From: a virus | Lineage: Duplodnaviria; Caudoviricetes | DNA: 58,285 bases | IMG/VR virus record: IMGVR_UViG_3300021961_000113 | Span: 1-58,285 of that record | Direction: 5' to 3' (one strand) | Shown here: piece by piece, positions 9,770-18,100 of the stretch | Numbering within the stretch: position 1 is the first letter of the stretch | Layout of the letters: each line of letters starts with the position of its first letter | Program-made: the position numbers and the translations under genes | The notes under the pieces: model-generated | The model's input: the letters and a program-made list of their open reading frames with translations, nothing else | The model's database searches: none | Told to the model about the DNA's origin: nothing

Positions 9770-10366
9770 TTAAGCGATGGTTACGGGGTAGGCCTTCGCC
9801 GAACCCGTGTAGATGGCACCGAACTGATGCTCGGCAATCTGGGCACGCACGATGACATAGGTATCGCCCCAAGCATTGTCGGGGTAAGGCGCAATGTCGA
9901 TCACGCGCATCTGGGCGGAGGCGTTAGCTGCGGCAGCCGAAGTGCTCAGCATGCAAGCAGAAAGACCTGTGGTCGTGCTTCCGGCGGTCGTCGATGCAAG
10001 ATCGTATTCCTGGCCGATCGCGGTTTGCGCGATGGTGGCGTTGGTCTGGATCTCGTAAACGATGGCGGGATCGCTGTAGAAATACGCAACGATCTCGGTG
10101 GCCGAGGTGGAAGCAGGCCAGTAGTTGGAAACGCGCCGACGACCCGTGGTGTCGGTGAATTCCACGCCTGCGAAACAGCCCACAAAAGCGTCACCAGCAG
10201 CGGCAACTACGATAGCGCCGGTGCTGACGTCGATCTTGACAGGCTGACCCTTGAGAATGTTCGTCGCGTAACCCGACGTAATGCCATTGGCGATTGCTTG
10301 CGCACGGTCCAACCCAGACGGGTGGAACGCAGGCCGCATGCCAAAGGCAGCAGAGGTAGCACTCAT
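9770..10366 (-). CDS. Minor capsid / cement protein
   Basis: AFGMRP...GVEFTD..G...DPAIVYEIQ...NAWG motif, directly upstream of the MCP. Confidence 0.65.
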   Translation of the reverse strand: MSATSAAFGMRPAFHPSGLDRAQAIANGITSGYATNILKGQPVKIDVSTGAIVVAAAGDAFVGCFAGVEFTDTTGRRRVSNYWPASTSATEIVAYFYSDPAIVYEIQTNATIAQTAIGQEYDLASTTAGSTTTGLSACMLSTSAAAANASAQMRVIDIAPYPDNAWGDTYVIVRAQIAEHQFGAIYTGSAKAYPVTIA

Positions 10367-10385
10367 TTGTCAGACTCCTGAGGTT

Positions 10386-10928
10386 TCAACCCTCGAATAC
10401 CGGGGGTCGAGTTGGTTGGTCAAAATTCATCCCGTCGCCCTCAACCATCCCAAGCCGTCTGCCGTTTGAGTCGCGTGCGCCTTGCAACTGCTCGACTTGC
10501 ACCCGGATCTTTTCCTGCTCTTCCAGGGGCGCCTCGAAGTGAGCCTGCGTCATGTAGTCCTGATAAATGTCCATTGGAAGCTTGAACAAGATCATTTCGT
10601 TACATGCTACAAACCCTGCAAACTCGCCTGCTTTCACTTTTAGATGCTCAAAGCCGGGAAGATCATCAGCTTTAACAGGCTCGTAGCCCAGGCGCATCCG
10701 CTTGTGAATCGGATCATACGAATTGGTAGTCGATAGCCAACAAAGGTGGAAGCCGGGAATCTCCGGCGGTGTCGGGAGAGCCTCCTGTAGCCACTCCGAC
10801 CGGAACATCTTGCGACGTTCCTCCGCAAAGGCAAAACCTGCCTCAGGTGCGTCACGCTGTCGATCCTCGGAAGCCCGAGTGCGTCGGCCAGCGTCAGAAT
10901 TCTTTCTAAGCCTATCGTCCATTTCCAC
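10386..10928 (-). CDS. Conserved head-assembly region protein
   Basis: LP.PP.IPGFH.CW.....R...GYEPV motif; lies between scaffold and capsid genes. Confidence 0.7.
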   Translation of the reverse strand: MEMDDRLRKNSDAGRRTRASEDRQRDAPEAGFAFAEERRKMFRSEWLQEALPTPPEIPGFHLCWLSTTNSYDPIHKRMRLGYEPVKADDLPGFEHLKVKAGEFAGFVACNEMILFKLPMDIYQDYMTQAHFEAPLEEQEKIRVQVEQLQGARDSNGRRLGMVEGDGMNFDQPTRPPVFEG

Positions 10929-11895
10929 TCCTTTGTTGTTCGCGGTCGAAATCCATGAAGCGTTTGATCATCTTCATGCGTTGTTCCTTGTTGTCCCACA
11001 TTCCAGCCTCTTTGATCGCAGCCACCCGTTGGGGTGAGAGTAAAAACTCGTTGCTGCTACCCGAGGTGCTCGAACTGGACCGCTCGGAACCCGTTACAAC
11101 AGAGCGTGGTCTCGGACGACTATTGCTCTTGCCTTGATTGTAACGATGAGGAAGGTACTTTGACAAGCGTTCATCAAGCTCGTCCCAATACTCCTCGGTT
11201 GATGGGTCGTATCCCTCTTCGGCCATGGCTTTATCGATCTGAAGTGCTACTTTGGAATCGGTATCGCGGCCCTTGGGGTCGTACCACCGGTTTTTGGACA
11301 TCCAATCGGATGCTAGGCGCTGCATATCGGGGTCCGGGGGCTTAATTCCCGAGGTCTCGATCTGCCTGGAGGCCTGATGCTTAAGGTTTTGCAGCGCTTC
11401 GACCTGCCGCTTGGCCTCGTACATGGCTTCCTGGGCGTTTACCACCCCATCACCGTCGCCTGACTCGACTGCCTCCTTCAATTTCATCTGCGTCCAACGC
11501 AACCGAACGTCAGCATCCTCGATAGCTTTGTCCACTCGGGCCATTTCTGCCCCGGAAGTGCGCTTTTCGAGGCTTGCAAGGCGTTCGGCAAGCTCCTGAT
11601 TCTGCTTTTTGAGCGAAGAAATCAGGTGGTAGTTGTGGCGTTTCTCTTCTTTACCCAATTGCCGCTTAAGTTTGCGCTCTTCGCGCCTTGCGGCTCGAAT
11701 TGCCTCGCGATCGGGGTCCGAAGGGTCGATGTCGTCGTCTTCGTTGTTGTTAACAAACCCGTTATGGACCGAAATATCCGGCTCCGGAGGGGTCTGATCG
11801 ATGGGCTCAACGCTATCGGGCAGTTCAACAATGGCCGAGCCATCGTTTGCCTCCTGGACGTTAAGCTGCATTTCTAACTTATCGCTTGCATTCAC
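10912..11895 (-). CDS. Putative capsid scaffolding protein
   Basis: Acidic N-terminus, long coiled coil, W..KN.WY and GYDPSTEEYWDELD motifs; position between portal and MCP. Confidence 0.7.
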   Translation of the reverse strand: MNASDKLEMQLNVQEANDGSAIVELPDSVEPIDQTPPEPDISVHNGFVNNNEDDDIDPSDPDREAIRAARREERKLKRQLGKEEKRHNYHLISSLKKQNQELAERLASLEKRTSGAEMARVDKAIEDADVRLRWTQMKLKEAVESGDGDGVVNAQEAMYEAKRQVEALQNLKHQASRQIETSGIKPPDPDMQRLASDWMSKNRWYDPKGRDTDSKVALQIDKAMAEEGYDPSTEEYWDELDERLSKYLPHRYNQGKSNSRPRPRSVVTGSERSSSSTSGSSNEFLLSPQRVAAIKEAGMWDNKEQRMKMIKRFMDFDREQQRSGNGR

Positions 11896-11911
11896 GGTTT
11901 TCTCCCAAAAC

Positions 11912-12328
11912 CTAGATGTAAATTTGCATCGTCAAGGGGTCCATCGTGACCTTGGCGATGATCTCGTGGTCGTTGAAGATGCAAAACAGCGCCTTTTCAT
12001 CGCTTCCGGGTACCGCAACCTCCCATCGATCCCCGCCCCATTTGGGAACGCGGACGAATTCGCCGATTTCGCACCACGAGCCTTCCGGCCAGGGGTCCAT
12101 CGAGTCGCGTTTACGGAAAGCAAGGGGGCCGATAGCGATAACCTTGGCCACTTGGCTGTTCCACTTCTCAACCTCTTTGGTCTCTTCGACCAAAACGATG
12201 CCCGAAGACGTCGTTTTCTTCTTGGGCGACTTGATCTGAACGAGCAATCGAGCGCCTAAGGGTGCTGCACCTGGGTGAACTTCAGGAAATGCTTCCCGAA
12301 TCGCCGCTTCATTCGAAGCGTTAGTCAT
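11912..12328 (-). CDS. groES: Co-chaperonin GroES-like protein
   Basis: PLGARLLVQ...TSSGIVL...AKVIAIGP...KWGG...FNDHEII. Confidence 0.88.
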   Translation of the reverse strand: MTNASNEAAIREAFPEVHPGAAPLGARLLVQIKSPKKKTTSSGIVLVEETKEVEKWNSQVAKVIAIGPLAFRKRDSMDPWPEGSWCEIGEFVRVPKWGGDRWEVAVPGSDEKALFCIFNDHEIIAKVTMDPLTMQIYI

Positions 12329-12503
12329 ACTGATCCTCCGTTAAAAGTTGGTCGATAGCCTTCAGAGCTTGTTCAAGCCCTCGGTATTCACCTACGAGGC
12401 GCTGATACACCTCGTAACTGTTGGCATTACCGTTCGCCAAGGAGGTTGCAATATCAGCCTGCAACCCCTTGATGATCCCGATAAGCTGCGAAAAGTCGTT
12501 CAT
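12321..12503 (-). CDS. Conserved small protein upstream of GroES
   Basis: LANG...YEVYQRLVGEYRGL; overlaps both neighbours. Confidence 0.7.
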   Translation of the reverse strand: MNDFSQLIGIIKGLQADIATSLANGNANSYEVYQRLVGEYRGLEQALKAIDQLLTEDQYD

Positions 12504-12655
12504 TTGCGCTTAAGTGCTTCCTTCTCGTAAGAGCGCAGGTTGGGCGACTCATCCTTCTTCTTGTTGGGCATAGGACGGCCGCCGTTCTTAAGCTTTTGGC
12601 CGGTCAGCTTTTCGCCCATGGCAAGGCGCTTGTGCATGTTGATTGCTTCGCTCAT
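12500..12655 (-). CDS. 51 aa basic protein carrying one LKNGG motif
   Basis: Read manually: MSEAINMHKRLAMGEKLTGQKLKNGGRPMPNKKKDESPNLRSYEKEALKRK; fills the gap after portal, ATGA overlap downstream. Confidence 0.7.
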   Translation of the reverse strand: MSEAINMHKRLAMGEKLTGQKLKNGGRPMPNKKKDESPNLRSYEKEALKRK

Positions 12656-12657
12656 TT

Positions 12658-15138
12658 TCAAACTCCAAAGGTTCGTTGTGCAGCCTCTTGCGCGGCCATA
12701 GCGGTGCGCTCTTGCTCTTGGGTGAGTGCTGCGTTCTCACCGGCAATTTTTGCCGCCTCGATCTGCTGGCGGGTCAAATTATCTTCGACGTTCATGGCTA
12801 TATCCGCCTGGATCTTCTGGGCGTTTTGCGCCACGTCGGTATCTTGCTTTTCCTTCTTCAGCATGAGTTCGCCCTGATCCTTTTGGGCTCGGCGCTGGGT
12901 CTCTGCCATCGAAGTCTGAACAAGGGCCTCGACCTCCGGCGGTACCGGTGGCTTGGGCTGCATTTGCTGCGCGATCTGCATAAGCTGCTGGAGGATCGGC
13001 ATCATCGGCTCGAAAGTCTCGGCCGAGTCGATATGGACGTGCCTTGCAACCGCTGACATGAGTTGCTGAGCTTCCTCGAAGATCGGCGTGACCTTCAATG
13101 TATCCATATCCTTGACATCGGTGGCGTTGATGTACTCGCTCATCCGCTTGAGGTACCAGAGCGTTAAGTGCTGCTTGGCATGTTCAAGCATGGCCGGTAC
13201 GAACTTCTGCCCGATGATCGGGTTCATGCCGTAGACAGGGTCCATGGCGTAGGCCAAGTGCGTCTGCAAGTGCGCGATATGGTCCTGGTTCGGGAAGGCC
13301 GCTACCGGCTGCCCAAGGGACATGGCCACGTTCTCGAGCGCAGGGTTCATCTCCTTGACTTCGCGGACATCCGGCAGGACCTGATTGATCTCGGGCACCT
13401 TCATCTGCTTCAAGATCCGCTTCATGACCTCCCGGCGATCGAATAGGTCGGGGTTGTCCTTAGCGAGTGCAGCCAGGGCTTGGTTTTGGGCAAAGCGTTG
13501 GGTCTCGCTGAAGATATGCGGATCAGAAACGGGGACGATGTCGGTGTTGCGGTCAAAATCCTGGCGGCCAATGACGAGGTCCTCGACCATATCGCCCTTG
13601 CGCATGTCCTCGAGCCACCAGCGGTTGATCCTCCCGAGGACCATCAGCATCTTGCGCATGGACTTGTGCAGGCGCATATGGATGCTCGAGTAGACCGCGG
13701 CACCCTGCTCGATTAGCGCTTGGGTGGTTCCAACCGGGGCGTTGTTGGATATGTCGGCGATCTTCTCCTCGCTGGTCGTTACCACGCCCTTAGCAGCATT
13801 GGTAATCCAGCCCAGCAACTCGAATAAAACCGGCGAAGGCGGGTTGAAGGGGAAGGGCATGGCGATCTTCTTAATATCGTCAACGCCTGGGGCTCCCTCG
13901 ATCTCGGCAACCTGAGTGGGCTCAACCTGCACGCTCTGGCCTGTTATACGGGCTCCCTTGAGCTTGAGCATGGTCGGTGAGTTGTTGATATGGGCAGAGT
14001 CTAAAAGGGCTCTCAGGGCCCCTGTAAGGGCCGCAGACAGACCTCCAATTAACTGAGGCAAACCGATCGCGTAAGCACCGCGCCAGGGGATGAACTTGAA
14101 CTCGATGAGCCAGTCGAGCTTTTGCATTTGCTCATCGCCCTCTTCCCAGTTACGGTAAAGGCCGACCACCTGCCGGGACTGCTCGTCGATCATCAGGATG
14201 TAAGGCGCAAGGTCGCCAGCCTTGTCGTCGTCCTCGATCGTAAGGTTGACGTAAGAATGGAAGACGCGACGCTCACCGTCGATGTTCTCGCTGCTTGACT
14301 TCTTGCCCTCGATCTTCTCGTTAGCCTTTTCCGCAGCCGTGGGCTCGGGCTCCATACTGGCGCGGGTATAGGTAACGTCCAGGTAAAGGTTTGCAGCGAT
14401 CCGGCGGTTGAACTCCTCCTCGGATATATCCTGCATCTCGGTGCAGCGCTGGGCGGTGTAAAAGCTTGGCGCGGAGAATGGCAGCAGGATCTTGTCGATG
14501 GGCACGAATTCGGCGCAGGGGCGCTTCTTTTGCTCGTCATACCAAAGTTTCAGGTACTGCGAGCCGCCAAGTGGTAGCTGGGTTGCAAGCTGCTCAAGCT
14601 CGTCCCGTAGCTCCTCGATCTGCTCCGTGCATTGCCAGTTCATGAAGTCGCGCTTACGCTCGGCGACGTCCTGCTTTTGCTCGGTAACCTCACCAAGGAT
14701 TTTTGTACCTACAGGACCATCGGGAGGCATGATCTCTTTCATGCACCGGCTGGCAAAATCCACGCAGGCTTCGGCAATTACTGGGTGTACAGCCTTGGAT
14801 GCGCCCTGGAAGGTTGCGCCGCCTGGAGCCTCGTTACCAAGGCCAGAGCGCTTTAAGCCTTCCTCGTACTGCTTATCGCGCTCCTTACGGGCCTCCATAT
14901 CCTTCTCGAATAGCTGAAGGTACTTAAGCGCGAGATCGTCCAGGGTGTTGGGGTCGATCTTGGCTGCAAGGTTTTCGTAAAACTGCGGATCTTCTTCGGG
15001 GCCGTCGTTCTCGGTCATGCGGACAACAGCCGACCCATCCTCGAGTTCTTCGACCTCGGGCTTCTCGTCAAATAGCTTGTAGATCGTCTCGTCGCCCTCG
15101 GGGCTTTCCTCAAGGGGTAGATTCATTTCGATCGCCAT
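12658..15138 (-). CDS. Portal protein
   Basis: FQGASKAVHPVIAEACVDF, PWRGAYAIGL, APVGTTQALIEQG, DIVPVSDP motifs; 826 aa. Confidence 0.9.
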   Translation of the reverse strand: MAIEMNLPLEESPEGDETIYKLFDEKPEVEELEDGSAVVRMTENDGPEEDPQFYENLAAKIDPNTLDDLALKYLQLFEKDMEARKERDKQYEEGLKRSGLGNEAPGGATFQGASKAVHPVIAEACVDFASRCMKEIMPPDGPVGTKILGEVTEQKQDVAERKRDFMNWQCTEQIEELRDELEQLATQLPLGGSQYLKLWYDEQKKRPCAEFVPIDKILLPFSAPSFYTAQRCTEMQDISEEEFNRRIAANLYLDVTYTRASMEPEPTAAEKANEKIEGKKSSSENIDGERRVFHSYVNLTIEDDDKAGDLAPYILMIDEQSRQVVGLYRNWEEGDEQMQKLDWLIEFKFIPWRGAYAIGLPQLIGGLSAALTGALRALLDSAHINNSPTMLKLKGARITGQSVQVEPTQVAEIEGAPGVDDIKKIAMPFPFNPPSPVLFELLGWITNAAKGVVTTSEEKIADISNNAPVGTTQALIEQGAAVYSSIHMRLHKSMRKMLMVLGRINRWWLEDMRKGDMVEDLVIGRQDFDRNTDIVPVSDPHIFSETQRFAQNQALAALAKDNPDLFDRREVMKRILKQMKVPEINQVLPDVREVKEMNPALENVAMSLGQPVAAFPNQDHIAHLQTHLAYAMDPVYGMNPIIGQKFVPAMLEHAKQHLTLWYLKRMSEYINATDVKDMDTLKVTPIFEEAQQLMSAVARHVHIDSAETFEPMMPILQQLMQIAQQMQPKPPVPPEVEALVQTSMAETQRRAQKDQGELMLKKEKQDTDVAQNAQKIQADIAMNVEDNLTRQQIEAAKIAGENAALTQEQERTAMAAQEAAQRTFGV

Positions 15139-18100
15139 GATTTCCTCATCATTTCAAGACGCATAGCGTCGGTATCGGGCTCTCCGCCCTCTTTGTAGCC
15201 ACGCAACGCCCTCATAAGATCTTCGTGGGTCGTCTTCTCGTCGGCTACCTTGTCCCAGACCGCGTGATGCGCTAGGTGCTGGTAATACGGGTCAAGCGAT
15301 GGATCAATATCAAGGCCAAGTGCAGACTGCCTAGCCGCCAAGCGATCGACTGCTTCACGAGCGCCTAGCCCCTTACCCCTTTGCATCATCGTCTGGGGGG
15401 CTACAGGGCTGTCCAGGGCGTGCAGGTTCAACTGCCGAGCGTCCAGGGTAGGTAAGTCGCCACGGCCCAGCATCGAGCCTATAAAGCCGCTTTTAGCGCC
15501 TGCTATGCCCTTAATACTCTCAGCCCAGTCGCGGTACTCATCGGACGTCCCAACGAGCGCCTGCTGCATTTTAGGCACCAGGGTGGACATATTGTTCACC
15601 CCGTACCGAAGCTGCTCGGTAAGCTGGTTAGCCTTGCCGAAGGGTGCGAACTTAGCCCGAATATCGTCGAGGGCCTTCTCGTTGACTACGCCACGCTCGG
15701 CATCGTCAAGGAACTTCTGACCCTGCTTGGAACCGAGCCATTCAGCGAAGGCGCCCTCCGGCCTTACCAGCCCTTCGCCTTTCGGTACCTTCAAGCCTGC
15801 CTTAGTTGCAGTTTCGTACGATAGACCGCCACGGCCAATGCTTGACTGTGTAATGCCATAAGCCTTGATTAGGTCACGGACCCCAAGATTTCCCGACGCT
15901 GCACGCTTGGCTTGCTCGATCATGAAGTCGCCATATCCTCGTTGGATATAGTCGGGCACTTCAGCAAGCTTAAGCTGCTGGTTAACCTCAGCAAGCGGCT
16001 TCCACTGCCACTCCTGGATCTTGGTGGCCTGCGGGTCTTGGAACTTTGCAATGGCCTCGGCTGCACGCTTGAGCTTCTTTGCACCGCCCGCCGCCATTTT
16101 CACCACCCCTCCATGTTTATACGGGATGGGCTGGCTGAATTTCTCACGGATCTCGGGGGTAATATCGAAACCTAGCTGAGGCGGGACTGGAATACTTTCG
16201 ATCTTAGCGACGAAGTCCTCAGCATCAGAAAATGTATCAAACCAATCCATACTATTGCCGGATCTAGCGTCAAACACTTCATACCGATCCCGCCGAGCGT
16301 TATATTCAATAAGGGGCTGCGGAACGTCGTCTCGAACAGCGCCCGAAATGTGCTTTACATTATCCTTACCGACCAACTTACGCAGGCGGTCTGGCACGAT
16401 TTGGTCATAGAACTTCTTCATGCCCTCGCCGCCGACGCTCAGCCCCTGGCCTCCAAGGCTGCCCGACTCATCAGCCATGATCTTCCTGGCAATATCCTTG
16501 CCAACAACATCGTCTAGCTTTTTGTCATCAAACTGTTTATCAAAACTGCTTTTGACAATACCTTCACGCGTAACAAACAATTTAATCGGATTGCCGTTTT
16601 GCGTATTGATAACTACCGATTTATGTTCAGGAAAATATTTTTTATAAATTTCATTTTGTGGCTTGTTGTTCCATGTAATATTGTCCACATAGTTAGCTAG
16701 ATCATATCGATCTGCTGACTGCTTACCATTGATGAACGCTACACGGTCATAGCCCTCGTCAACTGCACGCTTGATGATGTTCTTCAGGGATAGGTCAACC
16801 CATTCGTTGGTGTTTTTGATAAATGGCCCAGTAGGAGGGCCATACTGCTTTGCATCGTGAAGTTTATTCATCTCCTTGAGGAGAACATTTTCTCTGTCAG
16901 CCAAAGCTTTGTATTCATCTTGGCGCTGGGGATCAACTACTAATTCACTACGCTTAGCAACTACATTACGATGCTCTTCAGCGAGTTTATTGAATTGATC
17001 TTCTAATGTTGGATCGTCTTTGAATCCATGCTTACGCCCCTGTTGCGCCCAGTCGGATTGCATTTCTTCAATGAAAAGCACCTTCTTGCCATTGTAGTCG
17101 GTGCGGTCATTCATGCGGATGTGAGAAACCACATTGGGATCTTGCCAGTGCTGACCCCGGAAAACTGACTCTGATTGCAGCTTTCCTGAGCCAAACATGT
17201 TAGCTATTTCACGCTGGGCAGTTTCGTAATCGGGCAAATCAATCAAGATTGGAGCCTGACCGTTTTTCTCAATGACCTCGTAAGTTCCGTCAGCCTGCTT
17301 TCGCGCATAAAACTGCGCCCTCGGTTCCTGAGTTGGCACGGTCAATAGCACTTCGCGGTAATTCTTGCCGCCGGGAAGCTGGTATTCCGCGTACTTGGAC
17401 AGACGGTCTGCTGGTTTACTACCGCTTTCATACTGGCTTGCAAGCTTCTTGGCTTCGGTTTCGGCCTGCTCCGCAAACTCGGCAATATCCAGGTCACCCT
17501 CGGCCATGGCTTTTTGATAACGCTGGTCTGCAACCTGGATCAACTTGGCGATGCTGTCCTTGTTGCTGGGATTGAAGTCTGGCAGGTGGACCTTGGCAAA
17601 CTCAATTACGCTGGGCGGTACAACATTGGACCCGAGCACAATTTCTTTCACCTCGGGCACTGCACCCTTGGTCATGGCTTGCACTTCCTCACGGGTAATG
17701 TTGGGTGCGGTGCGCAATCTCTCAGCGATCCCTGACTGCTCAAGGAATTGCTTGTTGACGTTTTCGGCCCGTTGTAGCTCATTGAGGAAGGCCTGCCCCG
17801 GCCCTTGCTTACGCTTTAGGTTAAGACCCGCCTCTTCTACGGGATCATAGAACCCAAGCCTACTGACCGGAGCAGTGACATTCATGGGCGAGGAAAGCCT
17901 TAAAACGTCTGCTAGTGGACCCTGTCCGAACATGGCGCTATCGATTGGGCGAAGGACCTCCCTTCCTGCCGCCTTGATTGCAGGCATGGCAAATTTGGCG
18001 CCTGAACCAATCAGTGGCATATAACCAAGAGTAGCCTCAAGACCTGGGCCCGTTATTAGCTCGTAAAGGTCGCCTTTCTTTGCGGCCTCGGACGCTTCGT

